Positions 34,729 to 44,545 of a DNA stretch of 64,000 bases are shown here, one piece after another. The notes below the pieces were generated by a model that was given only the letters and a program-made list of their open reading frames with translations, made no database searches and was not told the DNA's origin. The position numbers and the translations under genes are program-made. The number at the start of each line of letters is the position of its first letter. Position 1 is the stretch's first letter. Origin of the DNA: Flavobacteriales bacterium (GTDB taxonomy: Bacteria; Bacteroidota; Bacteroidia; Flavobacteriales; BACL11); contig CANNBA010000003.1 in NCBI GenBank assembly GCA_947502765.1, positions 50,236 to 114,235 on the forward strand, read 5' to 3'.

Positions 34729-36360
34729 ATGGCAGATTTAGAATTCAATAAGAATGATGATAGCTTGAGATTACTCATTTCAGAGATGAAAAGAAAACAT
34801 GCTATTATCTCATTGGGTGGTGGAAAGAAAAAAATTGAAAGCCAACATGGCTTAGGAAAACTTACTGCAAGGGAGCGTATCGGATATCTAAAAGATGCCG
34901 ATTCGGATTTTCTAGAAATTGGTGCTTTTGTTGGGGAAGGAATGTATGAAGAATATGGTGGCTGTCCCTCAGGTGGGGTTGTTGCCGGAATTACATATGT
35001 AAAGAAAAGACAGTGTATTGTTGTTGCTAATGATGCAACTGTTAAGGCTGGAGCTTGGTTTCCAATTACTGGAAAGAAAAATTTGCGTTTGCAAGAAATT
35101 TCCATGGAAAACAGATTGCCGATTATCTACTTGGTAGATAGTGCTGGAGTTTTCTTACCCCTACAAGATGAGATTTTCCCAGACAAAGAACATTTTGGAA
35201 GAATTTTCAGAAACAATGCTCGTATGAGTTCTATGGGAATCACTCAAATTTCTGCCGTTATGGGCTCTTGTGTTGCTGGAGGAGCTTACCTCCCAATTAT
35301 GAGTGATGAAGCACTTATTGTTGACAAAACAGGAAGTATTTTCCTAGCAGGAAGTTATCTGGTAAAAGCGGCTATTGGCGAAACTATTGATAACGAAACT
35401 TTGGGTGGTGCTACTACCCATTGCGAAATTTCTGGTGTAACCGATTATAAAGCTAAAGATGATAAAGCAGCTTTGGATAAAATCCGTGCTATTATGGATA
35501 AAATTGGCGATTATGACAAAGCCGGTTTTAACAGAGAGGAAGCTCACCTTCCAAAAGAAGATGAAAAAGAAATTTACGGAATACTTCCAAGAGATAGAGC
35601 CAAGCCATATAACATGAAGGACATTATTGCTCGGCTAGTGGATAAATCAGAATTTGAAGAGTACAAAGAAGATTATGGAAAATCTATAATTTGTGGTTAT
35701 GCTAGAGTAGATGGCTGGGCAGTAGGGATAGTGGCTAACCAGAGAGAAATGATAAAAACCAAAAAAGGGGAAATGCAATTTGGTGGGGTTATTTATTCCG
35801 ATTCTGCAGATAAATCAGCTCGTTTTATTGCCAATTGCAATCAGAAGAAAATCCCTTTGGTTTTCTTACAAGATGTTACTGGTTTTATGGTGGGTTCCAG
35901 ATCCGAGCATGGAGGCATTATTAAAGATGGCGCCAAAATGGTAAATGCCATGGCAAATTCTGTGGTTCCTAAGTTTACCATTATTATTGGCAATTCTTAT
36001 GGGGCAGGTAATTATGCTATGTGTGGCAAAGCTTACGATCCTAGGCTTATTGTTGCTTGGCCAACAGCTGAACTTGCCGTTATGGGAGGAGAGCAAGCCG
36101 CTAAAGTTTTATTGCAAATTGAAAAAGCTTCTTTAAAAGCTAAAGGAGAAGAAATTGATGAAAAAGCGGAAAAAGCACTTTTAAAAACCATTACTGATAG
36201 TTATGATAAGCAAGCCTCACCTTATTATGCAGCATCTCGTTTGTGGGTAGATGCCATTATTGATCCTTTAGATACTCGTAAAGTGATTTCTATGGGAATT
36301 GAGGCCGCAAATCACGCACCTATAAAAGAGGTTTATAATCCTGGAGTTATTCAAAGTTAA
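34729..36360 (+). CDS. Acyl-CoA carboxylase carboxyltransferase (beta) subunit, methylcrotonyl/propionyl-CoA type
   Basis: Two crotonase-like halves. Motifs include GKLTARERIGYLKD, VVANDATVKAGAW, MGSCVAGGAYLP and GNSYGAGNYAMCG. Confidence 0.85.
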   Translation: MADLEFNKNDDSLRLLISEMKRKHAIISLGGGKKKIESQHGLGKLTARERIGYLKDADSDFLEIGAFVGEGMYEEYGGCPSGGVVAGITYVKKRQCIVVANDATVKAGAWFPITGKKNLRLQEISMENRLPIIYLVDSAGVFLPLQDEIFPDKEHFGRIFRNNARMSSMGITQISAVMGSCVAGGAYLPIMSDEALIVDKTGSIFLAGSYLVKAAIGETIDNETLGGATTHCEISGVTDYKAKDDKAALDKIRAIMDKIGDYDKAGFNREEAHLPKEDEKEIYGILPRDRAKPYNMKDIIARLVDKSEFEEYKEDYGKSIICGYARVDGWAVGIVANQREMIKTKKGEMQFGGVIYSDSADKSARFIANCNQKKIPLVFLQDVTGFMVGSRSEHGGIIKDGAKMVNAMANSVVPKFTIIIGNSYGAGNYAMCGKAYDPRLIVAWPTAELAVMGGEQAAKVLLQIEKASLKAKGEEIDEKAEKALLKTITDSYDKQASPYYAASRLWVDAIIDPLDTRKVISMGIEAANHAPIKEVYNPGVIQS

Positions 36361-36392
36361 AAAAATTATTTAAAAATTAAATTTAAAACTAA

Positions 36393-36998
36393 ATGATTCA
36401 TCCAAAAACAGAATTAAGATTTATTAGCAATGAAGTTGGTTATGGTGTTTTTGCCACCGATTTTATTCCTGCGGGTACAATTACTTGGGTCTTGGACAAG
36501 TTAGATAGAGAATTTCGTCCTGAAGAATTCTTTGCAATGGACCTTGTTTATCAAAATATTATTGACACCTATACTTTTCGCAACAACATTGGAAACTATG
36601 TACTGTGTTGGGACCATGGTCGATTTGTAAATCATAGTTTTAATGCAAATTGCCTTACAACAGCTTATGATTTTGAAATTGCTATTCGAGATATACTTCC
36701 TGGGGAGCAATTAACAGATGACTATGGCTATTTAAATATTAAAGATCCGTTCACAGCAGTAGATGAAGGCAAAGAAAGAAAAATAGTATATCCGGATGAC
36801 TTGGTGAGGTATTATAAAGTCTGGGATGAGCAAATTCTAAAGGTTTTTGGAAAAATCAATGCCTACGAGCAGCCACTAAGAGTATTGATTAAAGATGAGC
36901 TCTGGGATAAAGTTCAAAAAATTATCGCAGGAAAACAGCAAATAGACTCTATTTTGAACAACTATTATGAGGATCCATTTTTAAAAACTAAAGCTTAA
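36393..36998 (+). CDS. SET-domain protein (putative lysine methyltransferase)
   Basis: SET signatures GRFVNHSFNANC (NHSxxxN) and LPGEQLTDDYGY (GEELTxDY-like), with N-terminal GYGVFATDFIPAGT. Confidence 0.75.
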   Translation: MIHPKTELRFISNEVGYGVFATDFIPAGTITWVLDKLDREFRPEEFFAMDLVYQNIIDTYTFRNNIGNYVLCWDHGRFVNHSFNANCLTTAYDFEIAIRDILPGEQLTDDYGYLNIKDPFTAVDEGKERKIVYPDDLVRYYKVWDEQILKVFGKINAYEQPLRVLIKDELWDKVQKIIAGKQQIDSILNNYYEDPFLKTKA

Positions 36999-37040
36999 TA
37001 GCAGGACAAATCTCACTACTAATATCTAACTTCTAATCCT

Positions 37041-37048
37041 TATATTTG
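37041..37048 (+). promoter_or_regulatory. Candidate -7 promoter box (TATATTTG) for thrS operon
   Basis: Exact TAnnTTTG match, 19 nt upstream of ATG 37068. Confidence 0.4.
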
Positions 37049-37067
37049 CAGCCTTTAACACAAACAA

Positions 37068-39011
37068 ATGATTAACATCACCCTTCCTGATGGAAGTATC
37101 AAGCAAGTAAAAAGTGGAACTACAGCAATGGATATTGCTATGGTCATTTCTGAAGGTTTGGCTCGAAATGTGCTTTCAGCAAGCGTAAATAATGAAGTTT
37201 GGGATGCTTATCGCCCTATCACTACTGATGCCACTCTTACCCTACATACTTGGAATGATAAACAAGGAAAAATGAGTTTTTGGCATTCTTCAGCACATAT
37301 TATGGCAGAGGCATTAGAAGCACTTTACCCTGAAGTAAAACTTGGTATTGGGCCTGCTATTGATAATGGTTTCTATTATGATGTCGATTTAGGCGATCGT
37401 GTACTTTCTTCTGATGAATTGCCAAAAATTGAGCAAAAAATGAAGGAGTTGGCTGCTTTGCAAATGACTTTTGACAGAAAAGAAGTTTCAAAAAAGGAAG
37501 CTATTGCCTACTTTACTTCTAAGGGAGATGAGTACAAATTAGAACTATTAGAAGCTTTAGAAGATGGAAATATCACTTTCTACACCCAAGGTAATTTCAC
37601 CGATTTATGCAAAGGACCTCACCTTCCTTCCTCCGAAAAAATAAAAGCCATTAAGTTATTAAATATTGCTGGTGCCTACTGGAGAGGAGATGAAAATCGC
37701 AAGCAACTTACTCGTATTTATGGAGTTTCATTTCCTAAACAAAAAGAACTTACTGAACATCTAGAACTTTTAGAAGAAGCAAAAAAACGCGACCACCGCA
37801 AATTAGGTAAAGAAATGGAACTATTCACTTTCTCTCAAAAAGTTGGTCAAGGATTGCCACTATGGCTTCCTAAAGGTGCTCAACTAAGAGAAAAACTAGA
37901 AAATTTCCTGAAAAAAGCACAAACAAAAGCAGGCTATCTTCCAGTTATCACCCCACATATTGGAAATAAAGATTTATATGTCTGTTCAGGCCATTATGAA
38001 AAATATGGAGCAGATTCTTTTCAACCAATTAGAACTCCTAATGAAGGAGAGGAATTCTTCTTAAAACCTATGAACTGCCCTCACCACTGCGAAATTTACA
38101 AAACAAAACAATATTCTTACCGTGATTTACCTGTTCGTTTTGCAGAATTCGGCACCGTTTATCGTTACGAGCAATCTGGCGAATTACACGGACTTACTCG
38201 GGTTAGAGGATTTACTCAAGATGATGCCCACCTTTTTGTTCGTCCTGACCAAGTAAAACAAGAATTTATAGCAGTTATTGACTTGGTACTTTATGTATTC
38301 AAAGCTCTAGGTTTTACCAATTATAAAGCTCAAATTTCTTTGCGCGATCGTGAAAATAAAGCAAAATATATAGGTTCGGATGAAAACTGGGAAAAAGCAG
38401 AAGCTGCAATTATTGAAGCTGCTGGCGAAAAAGGATTAGAAACAGTTATTGAATATGGAGAGGCCGCATTCTATGGTCCTAAGCTTGATTTTATGGTAAA
38501 AGATGCCCTGGGCAGAGAATGGCAATTAGGCACAATTCAAGTAGATTATAACCTCCCTGAGCGTTTTGAACTAGAATATACAGGGGCCGATAATCAAAAG
38601 CACAGGCCAGTAATGATACACAGAGCTCCATTCGGTTCCATGGAAAGATTTGTAGCCGTTTTATTGGAACATTGTGGTGGTAATTTCCCTCTTTGGCTAG
38701 CCCCCGATCAGTTTATCATAATCCCTATCAGTGAAAAATATCACGATTATGCCGAAAAAGTATCTCAATTTCTAAAAAAATACGATATTTGCGGCCCCAT
38801 TGACTATAGGGCTGAAACTACAGGTAGAAAAATTAGAGATGCAGAAGTTTCAAAAAGCCCTTATATTATTGTTGTGGGAGAGAGAGAGGAAAATGAAGAA
38901 AAAATCTCTGTTCGTAAACATGGAGGAGAGGATTTAGGAAGCATAAAAGTAGAAGATTTTGGAGATTTAATAACAACAGAAATAAATAAATTAATTATAT
39001 TTAATAACTAA
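37068..39011 (+). CDS. thrS: Threonine--tRNA ligase
   Basis: TGS N-terminus (ITLPDGS), editing-domain [10 protein letters not shown], class II core ([27 protein letters not shown]), and an anticodon-binding C-terminus. Confidence 0.95.
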   Translation: MINITLPDGSIKQVKSGTTAMDIAMVISEGLARNVLSASVNNEVWDAYRPITTDATLTLHTWNDKQGKMSFWHSSAHIMAEALEALYPEVKLGIGPAIDNGFYYDVDLGDRVLSSDELPKIEQKMKELAALQMTFDRKEVSKKEAIAYFTSKGDEYKLELLEALEDGNITFYTQGNFTDLCKGPHLPSSEKIKAIKLLNIAGAYWRGDENRKQLTRIYGVSFPKQKELTEHLELLEEAKKRDHRKLGKEMELFTFSQKVGQGLPLWLPKGAQLREKLENFLKKAQTKAGYLPVITPHIGNKDLYVCSGHYEKYGADSFQPIRTPNEGEEFFLKPMNCPHHCEIYKTKQYSYRDLPVRFAEFGTVYRYEQSGELHGLTRVRGFTQDDAHLFVRPDQVKQEFIAVIDLVLYVFKALGFTNYKAQISLRDRENKAKYIGSDENWEKAEAAIIEAAGEKGLETVIEYGEAAFYGPKLDFMVKDALGREWQLGTIQVDYNLPERFELEYTGADNQKHRPVMIHRAPFGSMERFVAVLLEHCGGNFPLWLAPDQFIIIPISEKYHDYAEKVSQFLKKYDICGPIDYRAETTGRKIRDAEVSKSPYIIVVGEREENEEKISVRKHGGEDLGSIKVEDFGDLITTEINKLIIFNN

Positions 39012-39023
39012 AACAAATAAACA

Positions 39024-39572
39024 ATCGCACTAGCTAAACCATTCAGAGGAAGAGTAATTCCGAAAAAATTACATAGAACTAACCAAGAGATAACATCTGC
39101 ATTCGTAAGAATGGTAGGTGAAGAAGTAGAACCAAAAATATGTTCAATTGATGAAGCTCTTAAGATCTCTAGAAACCTAGGACTAGATTTAGTAGAAATC
39201 TCACCTAATGTGGATCCTCCAGTGTGTAAAGTTATTGATTATAAAAAGTTTATTTACGACCAAAAGAAAAAACTAAAAACAATCCAAAGTAAAGCACAAA
39301 AGGTTGTTATTAAAGAGTTAAGATTTGGTCCAAATACGGGAGAGCATGATTTTGAGTTTAAATTAAAACATGCAAAAAGCTTCCTGCAAGATGGAGCAAA
39401 AGTAAAAGCTTTTGTATTCTTTAGAGGCAGAACTATTGTCTTTAATGAGCAAGGTCAAATTTTACTTTTAAGACTAGCGCAGGCGCTAGAAGATGTAGGA
39501 ATTGTAGAGGATATGCCTAAATTAGATGGGAAAAAAATGATAATGATTATAGCACCAAAAAAGAAGAAATAA
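39024..39572 (+). CDS. infC: Translation initiation factor IF-3 with non-AUG start
   Basis: The frame is open from the stop at 39018-39020. The conserved IF-3 N-terminal segment (PFRGRVIPKKLHRTNQEITSAFVRMVGEE) lies upstream of the first ATG (39111). Candidate starts are ATC 39024 or ATT 39057. The remainder (LDLVEISPNVDPPVCKVIDYKKF) is classic IF-3. Confidence 0.8.
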   Translation: MALAKPFRGRVIPKKLHRTNQEITSAFVRMVGEEVEPKICSIDEALKISRNLGLDLVEISPNVDPPVCKVIDYKKFIYDQKKKLKTIQSKAQKVVIKELRFGPNTGEHDFEFKLKHAKSFLQDGAKVKAFVFFRGRTIVFNEQGQILLLRLAQALEDVGIVEDMPKLDGKKMIMIIAPKKKK

Positions 39573-39584
39573 AAAAGAAAGACT

Positions 39585-39779
39585 ATGCCAAAGATGAAAA
39601 CAAAAGCTGGAGCCAAAAAAAGATTCAAACTTACTGGCTCTGGTAAATTAAAAAGAAAGCAAGCGTTTAAGTCACACATCTTAACAAAGAAAGAGACCAA
39701 ACAAAAGCACAACTTAACTAAAACAGGATATGTATCAAAAGTTGATACAAAAAGCGTAAAACTACAGTTAGGTATTTAA
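39585..39779 (+). CDS. rpmI: 50S ribosomal protein L35
   Basis: [25 protein letters not shown]; 64 aa. Confidence 0.95.
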   Translation: MPKMKTKAGAKKRFKLTGSGKLKRKQAFKSHILTKKETKQKHNLTKTGYVSKVDTKSVKLQLGI

Positions 39780-39867
39780 AAAAAGTAAACTAGGTTATTA
39801 ACCAGGTATATAGTTCAATTAAGAGCAAAAAATCAAAAGCCACTATCTACCAAAAAACAATTAAATT

Positions 39868-40212
39868 ATGCCAAGATCGGTAAATGCAGTAGCTTCAAAA
39901 GCTAGAAAAGACAAACTTTTAAAAGCCGCCAAAGGGTACTTTGGAAGAAGAAAAAATGTACATACAGTAGCTAAAAATGCTGTAGAAAAAGGTATGGTAT
40001 ACGCATACCGTGATAGAAAAAATAAGAAACGAAATTTCAGAGCATTATGGATTCAAAGAATTAATGCTGGAGTAAGACAATACGGAATGTCTTACTCAGA
40101 ATTTATGGGAAAAATTCACGCTCATGGAATTGAACTTAATAGAAAGGTTTTAGCTGATTTAGCAATGAATCAACCAGAAGCTTTTAAAGCAGTTATGGAT
40201 AAAGTAAAATAA
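39868..40212 (+). CDS. rplT: 50S ribosomal protein L20
   Basis: MPRSVN...KGYFGRRKN...[22 protein letters not shown]. Confidence 0.95.
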   Translation: MPRSVNAVASKARKDKLLKAAKGYFGRRKNVHTVAKNAVEKGMVYAYRDRKNKKRNFRALWIQRINAGVRQYGMSYSEFMGKIHAHGIELNRKVLADLAMNQPEAFKAVMDKVK

Positions 40213-40237
40213 ACTTTTAGCTGTGCAAAAAAGAAAA

Positions 40238-40263
40238 GGCGAACATCTGTTCGCCTTTTTTAT
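40238..40263. terminator. Bidirectional rho-independent terminator
   Basis: GGCGAAC-ATCT-GTTCGCC hairpin flanked by an A-run upstream and a T8 run downstream. It lies between convergent rplT and the YqeY-like gene. Confidence 0.8.
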
Positions 40264-40281
40264 TATCAATACTTTAATAAA

Positions 40282-40728
40282 TTACGTAAGCTCCTCTCTT
40301 ACTAATCTGGAAATTAGCGAACCCTCAGCCTTTCCATTTAATCTTCCCATAAGCGGACCCATACATTTTCCTGTATCAGATGAAGATGATGCCCCAACTT
40401 GAACAATTACTTCTTTCACAATTTTCCTTACCTCATCCTCTCCCATTTGAGAAGGTAAATATACTTCAAGATAAACTAATTGGTTAATCTCATCATCAGC
40501 AAGATCTTGTCTTTTTTGTTCGATATAAATAGCCGTAGAATCTTTTCTTTGCTTTACCAACTTAGCAATTAACTTTAAAGAAACCTCATCAGAAACTATT
40601 GAAGATCCATCCTTAGTAGCTTCTAACATTATCGCAGATTTTACAGCTCTTAATGCTGCAAGCTTATCTACATTTTTGGCTTTCATGGCCTCTTTTATAT
40701 CATTATTAATTTGTTCTTGAATACTCAT
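40282..40728 (-). CDS. GatB/YqeY domain protein
   Basis: 148 aa. The pattern I..DIKEAMKAK...LAALR..KSAI...E..D..V..I..K.VKQR is typical of YqeY. Confidence 0.8.
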   Translation of the reverse strand: MSIQEQINNDIKEAMKAKNVDKLAALRAVKSAIMLEATKDGSSIVSDEVSLKLIAKLVKQRKDSTAIYIEQKRQDLADDEINQLVYLEVYLPSQMGEDEVRKIVKEVIVQVGASSSSDTGKCMGPLMGRLNGKAEGSLISRLVREELT

Positions 40729-41756
40729 TATTTATTTTTTTTATTGTATTTTTTATTCTTTGCTCTTAAACTTTCTAATGCTTCAATTGCATAAGTATAT
40801 TCAGGATTTATCTCAATTGCTCTTTTATAATCAGATTCTGCCTGAGCAATATTTCCTAAAGTTTCAAAACAATTTCCTCTAGAATAATAAGCCTCATAAA
40901 ACTCAGAGTTAGAATAAATAGCATCTGAGAAATTATTAGTTGCAACATCATAAAGCTCTATTTCCATATGAATAAATCCTAAATTATAATGGCCACTACT
41001 ATGAAAAGGACTTACTTTATGTAATGCTGCATAAGCCTCTAAAGCTTTGTTCCATTCTAGCATACTCTGATAAAATAGTGCTTTATTATACAAAACCATC
41101 TCATCTTTAGGTTTTAAATTGAGTGCATTATTGTAATATATCAGTGCTGTTGTATCTCCTAAAAAATGAAAAATGAGACCCAATTGCATATGAGCCTCAA
41201 AAAAATCAGGATTTATATTTACAGCATTTCTAAAACAATTAATTGCATCATCAGTTTGTTTTAATTGTTTAAAGGCATAACCCATCAACATATGCGTTTT
41301 TTCCTGATTATACTCTATTTTTAAGGACTCATTAAACGATTTTATAGCATCTTGATATTTATTATAGGCTAAAAGCAACTCCCCCATTAAAGCAAGCGCT
41401 TTTTTGTTTTTAGGATCAATCTTAACTGCCTTTTCAAGATGATATTTAACTAATGAAGGATATTGAGGATTTGGATTTTGAACTTTGGACAACTCAAAAT
41501 AAACCTCAGCAATATTATAGTGATTATTTGCATCTAATGAATCTAGCCTAACAATTTCTTTTAAATCAAACAAAGCTGATTCTAACTCATTTTTTGATTT
41601 ATTATAATCCACCCTACTATACAACAAATAAATGTCTGTAGGATTTTGAGCAATCTTTTCGGAAAGTATTTGAATTTCAGATTTTTGTTCTTTCTGCTTA
41701 AAAGAACTACAAGAAGCAAGAATTAAAAGTGCAATAAATGCAATTTTACCAATCAT
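40728..41756 (-). CDS. Tetratricopeptide-repeat lipoprotein
   Basis: Lipobox LILASC and multiple 34-aa TPR units (A..Y..AI..NP.. pattern repeated). Confidence 0.8.
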   Translation of the reverse strand: MIGKIAFIALLILASCSSFKQKEQKSEIQILSEKIAQNPTDIYLLYSRVDYNKSKNELESALFDLKEIVRLDSLDANNHYNIAEVYFELSKVQNPNPQYPSLVKYHLEKAVKIDPKNKKALALMGELLLAYNKYQDAIKSFNESLKIEYNQEKTHMLMGYAFKQLKQTDDAINCFRNAVNINPDFFEAHMQLGLIFHFLGDTTALIYYNNALNLKPKDEMVLYNKALFYQSMLEWNKALEAYAALHKVSPFHSSGHYNLGFIHMEIELYDVATNNFSDAIYSNSEFYEAYYSRGNCFETLGNIAQAESDYKRAIEINPEYTYAIEALESLRAKNKKYNKKNK

Positions 41757-41757
41757 G

Positions 41758-42759
41758 TTATGCTGAAGTTAATACTTCTTTAATTTTTGTTTCAATCACT
41801 AGAGAAAGTTCAGGATTATCAGCAATCATTTGTTTTGCAGCATCTCTACCTTGGCCAAGTTTTGTGTCTTCATAAGAAAACCAAGAACCAGATTTTTTAA
41901 CAATCTCTAAATCAATTGCCTTATCTAATACTTCACCTGAGCGAGAAATCCCTTCCCCAAACATAATATCAAATTCAACATTTCTAAAAGGAGGAGCTAC
42001 TTTATTCTTAACTACTTTTACTTTAGTTCTATTACCAATGACCTCATCTCCATTTTTTATGGAACTTACCTTTCTAATATCTAATCGAACAGAGGCGTAA
42101 AACTTTAATGCATTCCCACCAGTAGTTGTTTCAGGATTGCCAAACATAACTCCAATTTTCATCCTTAACTGATTGATAAATATAACTGTACATTGCGTTT
42201 TGCTTATAGTAGCAGTCAATTTTCTTAAAGCCTGAGACATTAACCTTGCATGCAATCCCATTTTGCTATCTCCCATCTCTCCTTCAATCTCTGCTCTAGG
42301 AGTAAGCGCAGCAACTGAATCAATAACAACTAAGTCAACAGCACCTGAACTAATTAAATGATCAGCTATTTCAAGTGCCTGCTCACCATTATCAGGTTGG
42401 GAAATATAAAGATTATCAATATCAACACCTAATGCAACAGCATAAGAAGCATCAAAAGCATGTTCAGCATCAATAAATGCAGCTACACCACCTTGCTTTT
42501 GGACCTCTGCAATGGCATGTATAGTTAATGTAGTTTTACCAGATGATTCTGGACCATAAATTTCAATAACTCTGCCTCTAGGATAACCACCTACTCCTAA
42601 GGCTAGATCTAAGTTTATAGAACCTGTAGGAATTGAAGCAATATTCTCAACTACCCTATCTCCTAATTTCATTACTACCCCTTTACCGTATGACTTTTCT
42701 AACTTACCTATTGTAAGTTCTAATACTTTTAATTTTTCGCTTTGATCCTTGTTACTCAT
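41758..42759 (-). CDS. recA: Recombinase RecA
   Basis: Walker [19 protein letters not shown], and IDSVAAL...L1/L2 loops. Confidence 0.97.
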   Translation of the reverse strand: MSNKDQSEKLKVLELTIGKLEKSYGKGVVMKLGDRVVENIASIPTGSINLDLALGVGGYPRGRVIEIYGPESSGKTTLTIHAIAEVQKQGGVAAFIDAEHAFDASYAVALGVDIDNLYISQPDNGEQALEIADHLISSGAVDLVVIDSVAALTPRAEIEGEMGDSKMGLHARLMSQALRKLTATISKTQCTVIFINQLRMKIGVMFGNPETTTGGNALKFYASVRLDIRKVSSIKNGDEVIGNRTKVKVVKNKVAPPFRNVEFDIMFGEGISRSGEVLDKAIDLEIVKKSGSWFSYEDTKLGQGRDAAKQMIADNPELSLVIETKIKEVLTSA

Positions 42760-42835
42760 AATTTATTTATTTTATACAAATTAGAGAAATTCTTTTCCAA
42801 ACATGAAAAAAAATAAGTTTGATTTATTAACAAAA

Positions 42836-43471
42836 TTACTTTTTTAAAAAAAAATTACAAATAGATGTAATGCCACATCTTTCACATTCAGGTCTTCTTG
42901 CTTTACAAAGATATCTTCCATGTAAAATAAGCCAATGATGAGCAATATTTAATTTTTCCTTCGGGAAAAGTTTTAGCAATTGCAATTCAGACTCCAAAGG
43001 ATTTTTAGCATTTTTAGTAAGCCCAATTCTGTTTGCTACACGAAAAACATGAGTATCAACTGGCATTGCAGGAATATCAAAGTAGACTGACCCAACTACA
43101 TTAGCGGTTTTTCTTCCTACACCAGGTAATTTTTGTAAGTCCTCCAAATTTGCTGGGATTTTACCATTAAAATCTGCAATTACCATTTTGGCTAAACCAG
43201 AAAGATGTTTGGCTTTATTTCTTGGATAAGAACAAGATTTTATCAACTCAAAAATAGCATTAATGGAAGCTTCAGCCATTACCTGAGGCACTGGCATTTC
43301 TTTAAATAAATTTTTAGTTATAATATTTACCCTCTTATCGGTACACTGGGCTGAAAGCACTACCGCAACTGTGAGTTCAAAAGCATTTTTATACTCTAAT
43401 TCTGTTTTTGCCTCAGGCATATTTTCAGAAAAATGCGCAATAAATTGCTTGATTCTTTCTTGCTTATTCAC
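42836..43471 (-). CDS. nth: Endonuclease III
   Basis: HhH-GPD (LPGVGRKTANVV), catalytic VDTHV, and C-terminal [4Fe-4S] C-x6-C-x2-C-x5-C (CKARRPECERCGITSIC). Confidence 0.9.
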   Translation of the reverse strand: MNKQERIKQFIAHFSENMPEAKTELEYKNAFELTVAVVLSAQCTDKRVNIITKNLFKEMPVPQVMAEASINAIFELIKSCSYPRNKAKHLSGLAKMVIADFNGKIPANLEDLQKLPGVGRKTANVVGSVYFDIPAMPVDTHVFRVANRIGLTKNAKNPLESELQLLKLFPKEKLNIAHHWLILHGRYLCKARRPECERCGITSICNFFLKK

Positions 43472-43483
43472 AGCTACAAACTT

Positions 43484-43514
43484 AAAAAAAAAGAGGCAGC
43501 TGCCTCCTTTTTTT
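43484..43514. terminator. Bidirectional terminator-like hairpin
   Basis: A9 - GAGGCAGCTGCCTC (perfect palindrome) - C - T7, downstream of the minus-strand 67-aa ORF and upstream of nth. Confidence 0.6.
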
Positions 43515-43526
43515 AACCAAAACCAC

Positions 43527-43730
43527 TTAATTTAAAGATATTAAAATCTTATCATTCGATTTCATTTTAATTCCTCTTACCGACATTGCGTAAGCAAGAA
43601 TTTTATTTATTGTTTCTTTTTTGGGTTCTAACTGTGTCGTAGAAAGAATTTTGTGTACTGATCTATCAAAGGCCGAATATTCCTCTTTTAAAAGTAAGTC
43701 CCACAATTTTAGCGTAGCGTTTTTTATCAT
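43527..43730 (-). CDS. Hypothetical 67-aa soluble protein downstream of ECF sigma factor
   Basis: ORF of coding-like composition with no TM segment and no Cys. It lies 69 nt downstream of the sigma gene and is followed by a terminator. Confidence 0.45.
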   Translation of the reverse strand: MIKNATLKLWDLLLKEEYSAFDRSVHKILSTTQLEPKKETINKILAYAMSVRGIKMKSNDKILISLN

Positions 43731-43799
43731 ATTTAGTGTTTTTAATGTTCATACACCAAATTAACGCCCCCTACAATTTTATATTATATAATATGTAGA

Positions 43800-44387
43800 T
43801 TATTTTTGAGAAAGGTCAATATTTTGTGCCTCAGCCAAATTTCTTAAATTAATAAGAGCATATCGCATCCTACCTAGTGAAGTATTAATACTGACACCCG
43901 TTATTTCTGATATTTCTTTAAAGGACATATCCTCAAAATATCTCATTTTTAATACTTCCATTTGATCCTCAGGAAGATCTTTAATAAGCATATTTAAATC
44001 GGCATGGACTTTTTCACGAATCATTTCTTCATCTTGCCCTCTATTACCATCATTTATTATATCAAATATATTAAAGTCATCAGTGGACCGAATATTTTTC
44101 ATTTTAGATGCCGCACGAAAATGATCAATAACTAAATTATGAGCAATTCTCATCATCCATGGCAAGAATTTTCCTTCCTCATTATACTTGCCTTTTTGTA
44201 AAGAATTAATGACTTTTATAAAAGTGTCCTGAAAGAGATCTTCAGTAATATCTCTATTCTTAATTTTAGACATTATAAAAGCAAACACTCTGCTTTTATG
44301 ACGTTTCAATAATATTTCAAATGATGAATTATCACCAGTTAAATACTTTTTTACTAATTCTTGATCGGATAGAACGCTAGTTGACAT
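43800..44387 (-). CDS. ECF-type sigma-70 family RNA polymerase sigma factor
   Basis: Region 2 (ITEDLFQDTFIKV, FLPWMMRIAHNLVIDHFR) and region 4 HTH (MSFKEISEITGVSINTSLGRMRYA). Confidence 0.85.
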   Translation of the reverse strand: MSTSVLSDQELVKKYLTGDNSSFEILLKRHKSRVFAFIMSKIKNRDITEDLFQDTFIKVINSLQKGKYNEEGKFLPWMMRIAHNLVIDHFRAASKMKNIRSTDDFNIFDIINDGNRGQDEEMIREKVHADLNMLIKDLPEDQMEVLKMRYFEDMSFKEISEITGVSINTSLGRMRYALINLRNLAEAQNIDLSQK

Positions 44388-44519
44388 ATACTCAGTTTTT
44401 AGTTAATAAAAATTTAAAGTAGATGTTTCTTTATAAGCGTATTTTTTGGTTATTAATTAATTTAATAATTGTTAGGACAAATATAGTAAAACATTTTGAA
44501 TTAAACAAATTGAATTGCT

Positions 44520-44527
44520 TAATTTTG
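44520..44527 (+). promoter_or_regulatory. Candidate -7 promoter box (TAATTTTG) for uvrA
   Basis: Exact TAnnTTTG match 18 nt upstream of ATG 44546. A TTG lies ~21 nt upstream (44496) as a possible -33 element. Confidence 0.4.
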
Positions 44528-44545
44528 CAAATCTGCTAAATATTG

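Noticed and set aside
34698-35105. 135-aa minus-strand ORF overlapping the promoter and 5' end of the carboxyltransferase gene.
   Set aside because: It is Pro/Ser-rich and has no recognisable motif. It lies antisense to a well-supported CDS whose own -7 box and ATG fall inside it.
39780-39867. The rpmI-rplT spacer as a possible L20-binding regulatory leader.
   Set aside because: It contains only a short AT-rich palindrome (GGTTA-T-TAACC) whose loop is too small to fold. I could identify no convincing helix or pseudoknot by eye.
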